From: an uncultured bacterium
GTDB taxonomy: Bacteria > Desulfobacterota_D > UBA1144 > Nemesobacterales > UBA2774
DNA length: 64,000 nucleotides
Direction: 5' to 3'
Assembly: GCA_963825135.1 (NCBI GenBank)
Contig: CAWGRW010000009.1
Location: 2,336,001-2,400,000 of the forward strand
Below, one piece after another: positions 19,631 to 30,674 of this stretch (the stretch's first letter is position 1; every line of letters begins with the position of its first letter). The notes beneath the pieces are model-generated. The model saw nothing but the letters and a program-made list of their open reading frames with translations. It did not search any database and was not told the DNA's origin. The position numbers and the translations under genes were made by a program.

Positions 19631-20986
19631 TCAATTCTCTTCGTGGTCTTTTATTTTATAGAGCAGCGACCTCCGGCTTATCCCCAGCATCTTCGCCGCT
19701 TTCGTTCGGTTGCCGCGGGCGTCCGAGAGGGCCTTGTCAATGTATGACCTTTCTATTCTCTGTCTGGCTTCGTCATATGACATTGTATCTATCCAGGATT
19801 CGGGGACGAAACCCGATCCTGCACGGGCAGCGCCGAGGTCTACTTTGTCGATACACTCCGCATCACACAGTATTATCGCCCTTTCGACGACGTTTTCGAG
19901 CTCCCTTACGTTGCCGGGCCAGTCATATTTCATTAATTCCGCCATGACCCCGGGCGTCGCATCCTTAATCCTGTGCTTTAGCAGACGCTTGTATTTATCG
20001 ATAAAGTGGCGCACGAGCGGAGGTATATCTTCCTTCCTCTCCCTGAGCGGCGGGATTTGTATCGGGAAGACATTGAGTCTGTAGTAGAGGTCGTTTCTGA
20101 ACCCTCCGTTTATAGTCTCCTGCCCAAGGTCCAAGGACGTAGCGGCGATGACCCTCGAATCCGTTTTAATCAGCTTCGTATCGCCGAGACGTCTCATTTC
20201 CCCTTCCTGAAGCACTCTCAGGAGCTTTGGCTGTAGGGATAGAGGGAATTCGCCGATCTCGTCGAGGAAGAGCGTACCCCCGTGGGCTTCTTCGATTAAC
20301 CCTCTTTTTGAGCTGTCGGCCCCGCTGAAAGCCCCCTTCGCGTATCCGAAGAGCTCGCTTTCCAGGAGAGTCTCCGGAATCGCGGCGCAGTTTACTGCAA
20401 TGAACGGCGCTTCGTTTCTCCCGCTCATATTATGTATCGCCCTTGCTATAAGCTCTTTTCCGGTACCGCTTTCGCCAGAAATGAGGACGGTGGTCTTGTA
20501 CTGGGCCGCCTTTTCGGACAACACTATGACGCCCTCCATTTTTTCGCTCTCGTATACGATATCGAGGAATTCTCCGCGGGTATTGATTTCCTCCCGGAGA
20601 TGTCTGTTTTGTATCCTGAGGAGCTGTCTCTCCTCGGCCATGCGCATCCTTAAAATGAGCTCCTCGGAATTTATCGGTTTATTGATATAGTCGTCGGCTC
20701 CTTTTTTGATAGCCTCGATCGAGCTCTCGACCGTACCGTAGGCGGAGATCATGATAATTATCGAGGCGACGTCCATCTCGCCGATTTTTTCAAGGAACTC
20801 CATCCCCCCCATGCCGGGGAGCTTGATATCGCAGATGATGAAGTCGTATCTGTTGCCCTGGTCTATGAGTCCGAGTCCGGTTCTCACGTTATCGACGCTG
20901 TCCACCTCGTAATTCTCCATCTGAAGTATCAGCGACAAAGAATCTCGTATTCCTCTCTCGTCGTCAATTAATAAAATTTTCTGCAT
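19631..20986 (-). CDS. Sigma54-dependent response regulator (NtrC/PilR family)
   Basis: Receiver domain, GESGTGKE, ESELFG..KGAFSGA, WPGNVRELEN and Fis-type HTH. Confidence 0.93.
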   Translation of the reverse strand: MQKILLIDDERGIRDSLSLILQMENYEVDSVDNVRTGLGLIDQGNRYDFIICDIKLPGMGGMEFLEKIGEMDVASIIIMISAYGTVESSIEAIKKGADDYINKPINSEELILRMRMAEERQLLRIQNRHLREEINTRGEFLDIVYESEKMEGVIVLSEKAAQYKTTVLISGESGTGKELIARAIHNMSGRNEAPFIAVNCAAIPETLLESELFGYAKGAFSGADSSKRGLIEEAHGGTLFLDEIGEFPLSLQPKLLRVLQEGEMRRLGDTKLIKTDSRVIAATSLDLGQETINGGFRNDLYYRLNVFPIQIPPLRERKEDIPPLVRHFIDKYKRLLKHRIKDATPGVMAELMKYDWPGNVRELENVVERAIILCDAECIDKVDLGAARAGSGFVPESWIDTMSYDEARQRIERSYIDKALSDARGNRTKAAKMLGISRRSLLYKIKDHEEN

Positions 20987-22469
20987 TCTCGTAACCTCTG
21001 GCGGCCGGGAAGACGATGGTGAAGAGAGACCCGTTCCCTTCCGTGCTCTCAACCCTCATCACGCCCTCGAACGTCTCCACGATCCTGGCTGAGACCGAGA
21101 GGCCGAGTCCGGTCCCCTGACCCGGGTCCTTTGTGGTAAAGAAGGGGTCGAATATCTTATCGATTATTTCTCTGGGTATGCCCGCGCCGTCGTCTCTCAC
21201 GGACATGATCACTTCCTCCTCTCCGCCGCATCGGGTCGATATGACGATTTCTCCCGTATCGCCGAGAGCGTCTCTCGAGTTCAGTATGAGGTTGATAATC
21301 ACCTGGGAGAGCTGTCCGGGGTCGGCTATGATCGACGGCGATTCTTCCGTGAGGTCGAGAGCGAGCCGGATATTTTTCAACACGCCCTGACTCCTCACGA
21401 GTTCAGCCGTGTCTTTTATTGCCTGATTGATGCCTGTTATCTGAAGCGAGCTTTTTCTAGGTCTCGCATAATCGAGAAGCGTTCTGATTATCCTGTCCAC
21501 GCGGCCCACTTCCCTCAGTATATCGTTGATGATTCCGTCCCTCTTTTCGTTATCAATATCTGGCGCTCTCTTCAGAACTTCCGAGTAGACTTTGATCGCG
21601 GACAGGGGGTTCCCGATCTCGTGCGCCACGCCCGCCGAAAGCTGTCCGAGAGAGGCGAGCTTTTCAGCCGCTATCAGCTCCCTCTGGGTCAATTTGAGCT
21701 CGGCGTTCGTCTCTTCGAGCTCCATGATCTTGTCCCTGAGCCTTCTTTTGCCCCCCTCGATTTCATCGTACATGGCTCTGAGGGCTGAATACAGCTGGTT
21801 GATTTCCTTGACGCTGCCGATCTCCGCGTGCTCCGGGAACCTCCCGGAGCCGATTTTCTCGGTCGCCCTTATGAGCTCGTGCACAGGCTTTACGATCCTT
21901 CTCGAAAGGATGTAAAATCCGAACAGCGCGATTATTACCAGGAACACGATGATCCAGAGTGCTATGAGTCTCTGGCTCAGAACCATATTCTCCTCAAGCG
22001 ATGAAAGGGGCTGATAGATAAACACAGTTCCCCGTTTATTCCCGGATATACTGACAGGGGCCGCGATTTTAATTGCTTCGTAGGAAGAGAAGGGCGGTAT
22101 ATTTACGCCTTCTATTTCCGTTACCCTGCTCCCCGCCCTGATTGACTGGAGCATGAGCGGGTCAGTTTCATTCCCGGGACCCCCGCCGCCCGGTGTGCTG
22201 AACGAAACGCTTTCACCGCCCCCTGCGATTATTCCCCACGCCCCGGGGTTGAGAGATTTTTTTAGAAACTCTATGCCGCCTTCGATATCGTTATCCCTGA
22301 GGTAAGAGCCTTCGAGCGCGGAGATTATCGTGTCTACCCCTTCGACCCTGCCCTGCACGGCGAACCTTTCCGTCACTTTAAAGGCGATTATGCCGATAAG
22401 GAACATAGCGACAGCGGTTATAAAGAGGATGTTTACGAGGATTTCAGCTCTGAGACCTATCTGTTTCAT
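20964..22469 (-). CDS. Membrane sensor histidine kinase (HAMP, HisKA, HATPase)
   Basis: Two TM helices, AHEIGNPL, FDPFFTTK and GTGLGL. Confidence 0.93.
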   Translation of the reverse strand: MKQIGLRAEILVNILFITAVAMFLIGIIAFKVTERFAVQGRVEGVDTIISALEGSYLRDNDIEGGIEFLKKSLNPGAWGIIAGGGESVSFSTPGGGGPGNETDPLMLQSIRAGSRVTEIEGVNIPPFSSYEAIKIAAPVSISGNKRGTVFIYQPLSSLEENMVLSQRLIALWIIVFLVIIALFGFYILSRRIVKPVHELIRATEKIGSGRFPEHAEIGSVKEINQLYSALRAMYDEIEGGKRRLRDKIMELEETNAELKLTQRELIAAEKLASLGQLSAGVAHEIGNPLSAIKVYSEVLKRAPDIDNEKRDGIINDILREVGRVDRIIRTLLDYARPRKSSLQITGINQAIKDTAELVRSQGVLKNIRLALDLTEESPSIIADPGQLSQVIINLILNSRDALGDTGEIVISTRCGGEEEVIMSVRDDGAGIPREIIDKIFDPFFTTKDPGQGTGLGLSVSARIVETFEGVMRVESTEGNGSLFTIVFPAARGYENAENFIN

Positions 22470-22560
22470 TTTTGGTATAACGGCACTGTTCCCCCGGTTC
22501 GGTCGGGGTAAAAGGACGCCCTTATACCTAAGTTTAGTTCTTTTTATGGAGTCGTGTTAA

Positions 22561-23394
22561 CTAATTTATCAGTCTGAAACCGCCCGTAAATACGTAGATT
22601 ACGGCGGCCAGGGAGAGGAAAGGGCCGAAGGGGAGGGCGTATTTGAGGTTTCCTTTCTTGTAGAAGATTATCGACAATCCCGTCACGGTGCCGATAATCG
22701 AGCTTACTAACATTACGAACACCACCCCCTGCCAGCCGAGAAAGGCTCCGATCATGGCGAGGAGCTTCACGTCCCCCATCCCCATACCTTCGGTTTTTCG
22801 CACCAGGACGTAGAGAAACGCTATCAGGAACAGGACGCCGCCCCCGATAACGAGCCCGAACACGGAATCGAGGAACGGGACCTCATTCAATATTCCGAAG
22901 AAATTTTCAAGACCGAAGCTGAACCTTCCCAGCAGGTCCCTGCTCCTTTCCCAGTCCGTGATGAGCGCGTTGTAGATCAATCCGGCTATAGCGCCCGGTA
23001 TCGTGATCGCGTTCGGGATGATCATGTGCTCCAGGTCGATGAACGTAATGACTATGAGCGAGTAAATGAGCAGCGCATAAAATAAAGCTTCGAGAGAGAG
23101 GCCGAATTTATACAATACGCCGGTCAGGACGATGCCCGAGATCAACTCGATTATCGGATATCGGAGAGATATCCTCGAGCCGCAATCGGCGCACCTCCCT
23201 CTCAGCATCAGATAGCCGACTATGGGCAGGTTGTGGTAGAACCTGATCGGATTACCGCAGGACGTGCAGTGAGAGGGCGGGAAGACTATGGATTCGTCCC
23301 TCGGCAGTCTGTATATGCATACGTTCAGAAAGCTGCCGATGACCGACCCGAATATGAATGAAAAAATATATAGGAGTGTTTCTCTCTCAGACAC
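22561..23394 (-). CDS. pilD: Prepilin peptidase/N-methyltransferase
   Basis: GSFLNVCIYRLP, two CxxC pairs, GMGMGDVKL, PFGPFL. Confidence 0.95.
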   Translation of the reverse strand: MSERETLLYIFSFIFGSVIGSFLNVCIYRLPRDESIVFPPSHCTSCGNPIRFYHNLPIVGYLMLRGRCADCGSRISLRYPIIELISGIVLTGVLYKFGLSLEALFYALLIYSLIVITFIDLEHMIIPNAITIPGAIAGLIYNALITDWERSRDLLGRFSFGLENFFGILNEVPFLDSVFGLVIGGGVLFLIAFLYVLVRKTEGMGMGDVKLLAMIGAFLGWQGVVFVMLVSSIIGTVTGLSIIFYKKGNLKYALPFGPFLSLAAVIYVFTGGFRLIN

Positions 23395-25537
23395 TCTTAC
23401 TTTCCGAGCGCCGGTTTTTTATATCTATGTTCGCGATGATCTTGTTTTTAATTTCGTCGAGCGCCTCGTCAAAGTGGCCCTCGGTTATCTTTATGGCCTT
23501 TTTCCTGTTCCGGAGGTGCTCTCTTATGGCTATGATCGACGCCCTCTGGCACACGAGCTTTATATCCGCGCCCGAAAGCCCAGAGGTCTTGCGGGCTATC
23601 TCCGCCAGTTTAGCGTCCTTCGCTATCGGTTTTCCGCGGGTATGGATCTTGAGGATCTCGTATAGCTCGTCCTCGTCCGGATAGGGGATATTGAATATGA
23701 GGTCGAACCTGCCCGAGCGGAGGAGGGCCGGGTCGACGATGTCGATCCTGTTTGTGGCCGCGAGCACGAGGACCTCCCTCAAATCCTCCACGCCGTCCAT
23801 TTCGGTCAGGAGCTGGCTTACGACCCTCTCGGATACGCGGGTTCCGTCGGACTCCCTCCTCGGAGGCGCGAGCGCGTCTATCTCGTCGAAGAACACTATG
23901 CACGGAGCGACTTGCTTCGCTTTTTTGAACACGTCCCTCACGGCCTGCTCGGATTCGCCGACGTATTTCGAAAGCAGCTCCGCCCCTTTCACGGATATGA
24001 AGTTCGCCCCGCTCTGGTTGGCGAGCGCCTTGGCGAGGAGCGTCTTACCTGTTCCCGGAGGCCCGCAGAGCATGATGCCCTTGGGGGCCTTCGTGTCGGT
24101 AATCTCGAAGAGGTCTTTATGTATGATCGGCCAGATCACCGCCTCGACGAGCCTGTCCTTGATCTCCTTAAGTCCTCCGATTTCGTCCCAGGTGACTTTT
24201 GAGATTTCGACGAATATCTCCCTTATGGCGGAAGGCTCCACTTCCTTTAGAGCGTCCATGAAGTCACCCATCTCGACCTTTATCGGCGTCGGGTTCCCGT
24301 TTTTAAACACCAGCCCCTCTTCCCCCGTGTCGTAGTCGGGTATCTTTTTCCTGAGCGATTTCATCGCCGCCTCGCGGCAGAGGTTTTCTATGTCGGCGCC
24401 CACGAACCCGTGCGTCAGGTCGGCCAGGCGTTCGAGGTCGATGTCTTCGTCAAGCGGCATTCCGCGGGTGTGCACTTCCAGTATCTGCGCCCGCCCGTTC
24501 CTGTCCGGCACCTCCAGCATGACTTCCCTGTCGAACCTCCCGGGTCTCCTGAGAGCGGGATCGATTGCTGACGGTAGGTTCGTCGCGCCTATGACGACGA
24601 TATTCCCCCTGTGCTTGAGGCCGTCCATGAGCGAGAGGAGCTGTGAGACGATTCTTTTTTCCACGTCGCCTGAGACTTTGTCCCTTTTGGGGGCGATGGC
24701 GTCGAGTTCGTCGAGGAATATTATCGAAGGCTGGTTCCTCGTGGCTATCTCGAATATATCGCGGAGCCTCGCTTCGCTCTCTCCGTAAAACTTGTGCATT
24801 ATTTCCGGGCCGTTAATAACCTGAAAGTTGGCGTTGGTCTCGTGCGCCACAGCCTTTGCCAGCAGCGTTTTCCCGCTCCCCGGGGGTCCGACGAGTAGGA
24901 TTCCCCTCGGAGGGTCTATGCCCAGCCTGTCGAAAAGCTGAGGGTATCTGAGCGGGAGCTCCACGATTTCCCTCACCTTTATGATCTGTTCCTTAAGGCC
25001 CCCGATGTCCTGGAAGCTCACGCGGGAGCTGTCGAATTTGACCTTGGGCTTCCGTTTTATGTCCACCTTGGTAGAGGTTCTTATGACCGAGGAATCGGAA
25101 GGTATGACCCCCAAAACGTGAAATTCCTCTAATCCTGTTGTCGGGAGCTTGATGCGGATTTTGTCCCCCACGGTGATTGGGTAACCGTCGAGCCTGTCCA
25201 GTATGTATTTGTTTTCGTTCCCGTTGTAAAGGATGTCGGTATTTTTGGGCGCGAGCACGACCTTCGTTGCCGATTTGTTGTCGATCTTCTTCACGAATAC
25301 GTGTTCGTCAAGCTCTATGCGCGCGTTCTCTCTCGTTACACCGTCTATCTCGATTATAGATTTATCGGGAATGGACTTGTCGAGAGGCATGACCCGCACG
25401 ACCGTTTTTCTTTTCCCGCCGATCTCGACCAGGTCCCATGCGTCAACCCCGATTTCACGCATATCTTCGGGGTTCAGGCGCGCAAAACCCTTGCCCGTGT
25501 CCTTCTTCGCCAGTTCGCATATCCTGAGAGCTATCAT
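23387..25537 (-). CDS. CDC48/p97/VAT-family double AAA+ ATPase
   Basis: CDC48 N-domain, two AAA modules ([16 protein letters not shown]), [19 protein letters not shown]; start set to ATG 25537. Confidence 0.93.
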   Translation of the reverse strand: MIALRICELAKKDTGKGFARLNPEDMREIGVDAWDLVEIGGKRKTVVRVMPLDKSIPDKSIIEIDGVTRENARIELDEHVFVKKIDNKSATKVVLAPKNTDILYNGNENKYILDRLDGYPITVGDKIRIKLPTTGLEEFHVLGVIPSDSSVIRTSTKVDIKRKPKVKFDSSRVSFQDIGGLKEQIIKVREIVELPLRYPQLFDRLGIDPPRGILLVGPPGSGKTLLAKAVAHETNANFQVINGPEIMHKFYGESEARLRDIFEIATRNQPSIIFLDELDAIAPKRDKVSGDVEKRIVSQLLSLMDGLKHRGNIVVIGATNLPSAIDPALRRPGRFDREVMLEVPDRNGRAQILEVHTRGMPLDEDIDLERLADLTHGFVGADIENLCREAAMKSLRKKIPDYDTGEEGLVFKNGNPTPIKVEMGDFMDALKEVEPSAIREIFVEISKVTWDEIGGLKEIKDRLVEAVIWPIIHKDLFEITDTKAPKGIMLCGPPGTGKTLLAKALANQSGANFISVKGAELLSKYVGESEQAVRDVFKKAKQVAPCIVFFDEIDALAPPRRESDGTRVSERVVSQLLTEMDGVEDLREVLVLAATNRIDIVDPALLRSGRFDLIFNIPYPDEDELYEILKIHTRGKPIAKDAKLAEIARKTSGLSGADIKLVCQRASIIAIREHLRNRKKAIKITEGHFDEALDEIKNKIIANIDIKNRRSESKSV

Positions 25538-25690
25538 GTAAGTACCTGAGAAGATAATACCGTTCACCCATTTTAGGGTCAAGGAAAATATTGGCCGCCG
25601 CGGGTTCGGTCGGAGATAAATAGAGATATAGATTGAATAAACCTTTCTTCTTTATTATAATTTTTCAAATACAATTTCGATAACGATCCC

Positions 25691-26791
25691 GTGATACTGA
25701 AATCCCTAATACTTAGAAACTTCAGGTCTTATGCGTCGGAGAACTTTTCTTTCCACGAGAGAATCAACGTTATATACGGTGACAACGCTCAGGGAAAGAC
25801 CAACCTGCTCGAAGCCATACATCTCCTGCTGATGTTCAGGCCGTTCAAGCAGGTGAGGTTCGAGGAGCTCATCAGCTTCGGCTCTTCCGAGTGCAGGATA
25901 AAGGGCGAGGTGGAATCGGAAGCGGGGCTCGATGAAGTGCATGTGCTTCTGAGCGGCGACAAAAAGACGGTTAAGCTTAACGGAAAGATCGTCTACAAGA
26001 CGTCCAGGATTCTGGGCAGATATAACGTCGTGTCGTTTCTGCCCTCGGACCTGGAGCTCGTCAAGGGGAGTCCCCAGGGGAGGAGGCGGTATATAGATGC
26101 GCTAATCTGCGCTCTCGAGCCCGCCCACCTGAGAGACCTCAAGCTCTACCACAGGTCACTGCTTCAGAGGAATGCGGTACTGGCTAAATCTCAGGGCCTG
26201 ACCCCGAGGGCGCTTGAGGTCTGGGATGAAAAGCTTGCCGAGACCGGGAGCCTCGTCGTATCACGAAGGCTAAGGTACATAGAGAAAATAATCCCTGACC
26301 TGATTCGTATCTATAAGCTATCGTCAGGCGACGACGCCGATGTGGATATTCAATACAGGAATTCTTCCGGCATGTCGGATAACCTCGAGGAAGGGTTCAG
26401 AAAGGAACTGGCGGCGAGGTTCGAGAAGGACAAGAGGAGGGGGCACACCACTTTCGGACCGCACAGAGACCTGGTAGGTTTTACGATACGGGGGAGGGAC
26501 GCGTCCCTGTTCGCGTCGCAGGGCGAGGCAAAAAACCTCGCGCTCGCGCTTAAGGCATCGGAGATAGAACTCGTCAGGAGCCTTATCGGAAAAACCCCGG
26601 TCCTCCTTCTCGACGACATAACGAGCGAGCTCGACGAGCGCAGGAAAGGGTTTCTCTTCGGCCTCCTCGACGACTTCCCCGGGCAGATATTCATCACCTC
26701 CACCAGTCTCGGAGAGGTCCGTTTGAAAGGAGCCATGCGGACATTTCACATCAGGGCCGGAAGAGCCGAGCAGAAGCAGGTAAACCGGTGA
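25691..26791 (+). CDS. recF: DNA replication/repair protein RecF
   Basis: NFRSY, GDNAQGKTN, GPHRD, SQGE, LLLDDITSELD. Confidence 0.95.
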   Translation: MILKSLILRNFRSYASENFSFHERINVIYGDNAQGKTNLLEAIHLLLMFRPFKQVRFEELISFGSSECRIKGEVESEAGLDEVHVLLSGDKKTVKLNGKIVYKTSRILGRYNVVSFLPSDLELVKGSPQGRRRYIDALICALEPAHLRDLKLYHRSLLQRNAVLAKSQGLTPRALEVWDEKLAETGSLVVSRRLRYIEKIIPDLIRIYKLSSGDDADVDIQYRNSSGMSDNLEEGFRKELAARFEKDKRRGHTTFGPHRDLVGFTIRGRDASLFASQGEAKNLALALKASEIELVRSLIGKTPVLLLDDITSELDERRKGFLFGLLDDFPGQIFITSTSLGEVRLKGAMRTFHIRAGRAEQKQVNR

Positions 26792-26895
26792 TTGTATCGA
26801 TATTCCCAAGGGTTATGCGAGTCCATGCGGTAAATCCAGGTTAAATTTCATCTGTAATCCGGCGTTGATTTAAATATGAACAGGGAGGACATTTC

Positions 26896-27363
26896 ATGAG
26901 CGAGAAAGCCTTTCAGGATTACTGGGAAAAGAACAGGTGCTGGGGCTGCGGGAGCGGCAACGAGCACGGGCTCCATCTTAAAAGCTTCTGGGACGGCGAC
27001 GAATCCGTTTCCGTATTTCTGCCGTCTAGGAATCATAAGGCGGGGCCTGACGAATATCTGAACGGCGGGATAATCGCCACGATTATAGACTGCCATTCCA
27101 TCTGCACCGCGATAGCTGACGCTTACGCGCGGGAGAAGAGGGCATTAAACAGCGAGCCCTTTATCTGGTATGTTACGGCTTCGATGAAGATCGATTATCA
27201 CAAGCCGACCCCTATTTCCGGGCCTGTAACTCTCAGGGCCAGGGTGGGCGAAAGGGAGGGGAAGAAGACTCTCGTCGCTTGCGAGCTCTTTTCAGGCGAG
27301 CTCAAATGCGCGGGGGGGGATGTGCTGGCCATAAGGGTGTCTCCCGAAAAATGGTTTAAGTAA
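26896..27363 (+). CDS. PaaI/hotdog-fold thioesterase
   Basis: CWGCGSGNEHGL and NGGIIATIIDCHS. Confidence 0.85.
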   Translation: MSEKAFQDYWEKNRCWGCGSGNEHGLHLKSFWDGDESVSVFLPSRNHKAGPDEYLNGGIIATIIDCHSICTAIADAYAREKRALNSEPFIWYVTASMKIDYHKPTPISGPVTLRARVGEREGKKTLVACELFSGELKCAGGDVLAIRVSPEKWFK

Positions 27364-27426
27364 TATACGGCGAGGGCGCCAGGCTGTAAATTAATACATC
27401 ATAGAATCCGGCCCGCGGGGAGCGCG

Positions 27427-28287
27427 ATGAAAAGAATTGCAATATTTATTCTGTTAATATTTTTCCTGTCTTCAGCCGCGGTAATCGATATAAGCGCCGC
27501 GGAGCAGCCCCGGCCGGTCAAAGCCAGGATCGTGGCGGATGTCACTGCAGTCAAACCGGGCGTGCCTTTCAAGTTCGGCGTGCTGTTCGATTTAGACCCG
27601 CACTGGCATATTTACTGGAAGAATCCGGGGGACTCCGGTCTCCCCACGTCGGTTGTGTTTTCGCTCCCTCAGGGCTTTACGGCTACTGACCTCGGATGGC
27701 CCGTTCCCACACTCCTCAAGGGGGCGGGCAATTTGACCGACTACGGCTACGAGGACTCGCTCCTTCTGCAGGCGGGCGTAACGCCCCCTCCCGACCTCAA
27801 GCCGGGCACGGCCGCTAAATTCACGGCCCGGGTCTCGTGGGTAAGCTGCAGGGATATCTGCATACCGGGCAGAGCCGAGCTTGAGCTTGAGCTGCCAGTT
27901 TCAAAGAGCGCCGAGAATGCGAACAACGAATTATTCTCGGAATGGCGGGCGCGCTTACCGGTGAATCGTTCCGGCCGCAAGCCGCCTTTTGAAATAGACT
28001 CAAAAACGGCCGCAAGGGGCGAGAACGAGTACTCTGTCGTGATCCTGCTTGATCCCGGGGACTCGGTGAACGATATCGGGCTTTACCCCGTGCCCGGCGA
28101 TTCGTTCGTTGTCAGCGATATAGAGGCCGGGACGGACAAGGAGAGCGGTAAGAGATCTCTCGTCTTTAATGTGAGGGCGCTTGCGCAACGCGGGTCCCCC
28201 GGTAACGAGCTCGAAACCCTAATCGTTTACACGGACAAAAGCGGCAAAAGGTCGGGATATGAATTTCCGGTAGCATTGTCTCATTGA
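27427..28287 (+). CDS. Periplasmic DsbD N-terminal-domain protein
   Basis: Signal peptide, WHIYWKNPGDSGLP, CRDICIPG; no TM or thioredoxin domain. Confidence 0.85.
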   Translation: MKRIAIFILLIFFLSSAAVIDISAAEQPRPVKARIVADVTAVKPGVPFKFGVLFDLDPHWHIYWKNPGDSGLPTSVVFSLPQGFTATDLGWPVPTLLKGAGNLTDYGYEDSLLLQAGVTPPPDLKPGTAAKFTARVSWVSCRDICIPGRAELELELPVSKSAENANNELFSEWRARLPVNRSGRKPPFEIDSKTAARGENEYSVVILLDPGDSVNDIGLYPVPGDSFVVSDIEAGTDKESGKRSLVFNVRALAQRGSPGNELETLIVYTDKSGKRSGYEFPVALSH

Positions 28288-28375
28288 TAGAGTTAATCCG
28301 GAGTATTTTTGCGGCGTTATCCTTAACACGAAATTAACATCGTCCTGATATGCTGGGAAAACGGAGCGTGTGTGT

Positions 28376-30406
28376 ATGGCCAGGAAACAGATACTTATAA
28401 TCGGCGGCGGTTTCGCCGGCGTGAAATGCGCGAAAGCACTTCGCAGCGGGCTTGCGAGGCAGGAGGCCGACATAATCCTATTCAACAGCGAGAACTACAT
28501 GGTATTCCAGCCTCTCCTCGCCGAGGTCGTCGGGGCGTCGATCAGCCCGGAACACGTGGCCCTGCCCCTGCGCCAGATGCTCCCCGGAGTGTACTGCAGG
28601 ACCGAGGACGTGGCCCATATAGATGTGGATAATAGTTACGTAGAGTTCATGGGCGACCGCGGGGTTAAGGGGATGATGTATTACGATCACCTCGTGATAG
28701 CGTGCGGCTCGGACGTTAACCTCGGCCTGATACCCGGGATGGCGGATCACGCCTTCCCCCTTAAGACCGTGGGCGACGCCGTGGCGCTCCGTTACCACGT
28801 CCTGCAGCAGATGGAGAACGCCGAGATCGCCGACAGCGTCGACCTCAGGAAGTGGTACCTGTCGTTCATAATCGTGGGAGGCGGGTTCAGCGGAGTGGAG
28901 GTCGCGGGGGAAATAAATGACCTCGTCAGGGGAACCCGCAAATACTACAGAAATATTCCGAAAGAGGAGATAAAGGTCACGCTTATACATTCGCGGGACC
29001 AGATTTTACCCGAGGTCACCTCCGACCTCAGGGATTTCGCCAGGATAAAGATGGAACAGGCGGGCGTAAAAGTAGTATTGAACAAGCGCGTCTCGTATGT
29101 GACTTCTGAATGCGTCGGGCTCGGCGACGACGGATTGGTCGAGGGCGCCACAATTGTTTGTACTGTCGGGAATGCCCCCTCTCCGATGATTGAGAAGCTC
29201 GATGCGCCGAAAGACAGGGGGAGGCTCCTGACCGGCCCCGACATGAGGATTCAGGGACTAAAAAACGTATGGGCGATTGGAGACTGCGCATTTATAATGA
29301 ATGAATATGACAGCAAGCCGAGCCCGACGACCGGGCAGTTCGCGGAGAGACAGGGGACGCAGGCGGCGAAGAATATAATCAGGGTGATGAAAGGTCAGGA
29401 GACGAAGCCCTTTCGGTTCAAGCAGGTCGGGCAGTTGTGCGCTATAGGCGGACATAACGCGGTTGCGGAATTTCTCAGGTTCCACATATCGGGTTTTTTC
29501 GCGTGGTTTCTGTGGCGTTCCGTGTACTTGTTCAAGCTCCCGACGCTCTCGCACCAGCTTAAGGTGGGGTTCGACTGGGCCTGGGAAGTATTCTATTCCA
29601 GGGACCTAGCGCATCCCAAGGGCGACAAGACGGAGAGGGTTTCGAGGGCCCATTTTCAACCCGGGGATTATATTTTCAGGGAAGGGGACCCTTCGAGCAA
29701 TTTTTACATCATAGAATCGGGCGAAGTCGAGGTTCTGAGGACAACTCCGGAGAAGGATAAGGAAATGACTGTGGCAGTGCTCGGCCAGGGGGATTTCTTC
29801 GGTGAAATGGCGCTCCTTGAAAACCGGAACCACAGTGCGAGCATAAGGGCGAGGACCAATGTGGAGCTCACAGTGATGGGTACGAAGGTATTCCAGCAGA
29901 TATCCGGCGCCCTGGCGCCCTTCAAGGAATTCCTGGCAGACGCCGTAAAGAGGAGGGGCAGCGATATCTGGCAGCGGATTCCCGCCGCTTACAATATATT
30001 AGAGGCGGAGCCCCTCAGCACTTTCGTCAAACCGCTTTCCGATAAGCTTCTGCCGTCGGATACCTTCCGGACCGCGGTCAGGAAATTGAGCGGCGACGAT
30101 CTCGACTTCTGCTGTGTTACGGATGATTCGGGCAAGCTCCTGGGTATCGTTACGCGTACGGACGTTTTCAGGGCGGTAGACGCGGGCGTAAGGCCCGAAT
30201 CCAGGGTCTCTGCGTTCATGAACCCGTCGCCTGTCTGCGTCACCATAAAAGACGCGAGCACCGTGGTTGCCGGGACCATGCGGGAGCGCGGCCTTAAATG
30301 GGTCCCGGTTGTAGACGACCAGTCTAATCTGAAGATTGAGGGGTATGTGAGGAGGGACGGTATGATAGGGTTCGTCCTCGAAAAACTGAGCGAAATAGGG
30401 GTTTGA
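28376..30406 (+). CDS. Type II NADH dehydrogenase-like flavoprotein fused to cNMP-binding and CBS-pair domains
   Basis: GGGFAG, VGGGFSGVEVAGE, WAIGDCA, AWFLWRSVYL; then IFREGD..GDFFGEMALL..HSASIRA; then two CBS repeats (LLGIVTRTD, VPVVD). Confidence 0.9.
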   Translation: MARKQILIIGGGFAGVKCAKALRSGLARQEADIILFNSENYMVFQPLLAEVVGASISPEHVALPLRQMLPGVYCRTEDVAHIDVDNSYVEFMGDRGVKGMMYYDHLVIACGSDVNLGLIPGMADHAFPLKTVGDAVALRYHVLQQMENAEIADSVDLRKWYLSFIIVGGGFSGVEVAGEINDLVRGTRKYYRNIPKEEIKVTLIHSRDQILPEVTSDLRDFARIKMEQAGVKVVLNKRVSYVTSECVGLGDDGLVEGATIVCTVGNAPSPMIEKLDAPKDRGRLLTGPDMRIQGLKNVWAIGDCAFIMNEYDSKPSPTTGQFAERQGTQAAKNIIRVMKGQETKPFRFKQVGQLCAIGGHNAVAEFLRFHISGFFAWFLWRSVYLFKLPTLSHQLKVGFDWAWEVFYSRDLAHPKGDKTERVSRAHFQPGDYIFREGDPSSNFYIIESGEVEVLRTTPEKDKEMTVAVLGQGDFFGEMALLENRNHSASIRARTNVELTVMGTKVFQQISGALAPFKEFLADAVKRRGSDIWQRIPAAYNILEAEPLSTFVKPLSDKLLPSDTFRTAVRKLSGDDLDFCCVTDDSGKLLGIVTRTDVFRAVDAGVRPESRVSAFMNPSPVCVTIKDASTVVAGTMRERGLKWVPVVDDQSNLKIEGYVRRDGMIGFVLEKLSEIGV

Positions 30407-30674
30407 GCTCTGCTCTTCCCGATTAGTATCCCCGCGCCCAGTACTATAAGCCCGCCCACTATCACCTGGGGAATATGAACCTCTTCCGCTCATCATCGCG
30501 GCCCCGGCTTATCCCCGTTCCGGTTTCTTCTTCAGTTCCCATTCCGGGCATTATACATCCGTTTTTATTGCAATTTTTACAAGCTGCTGCAGCCGGGCGT
30601 CAAGCTTGAATTGGGCGGTTTTTGGGGTTAGAATGGTTTTACCTGTGTGTACGGTTTTTAATCTACGGGAGGTA

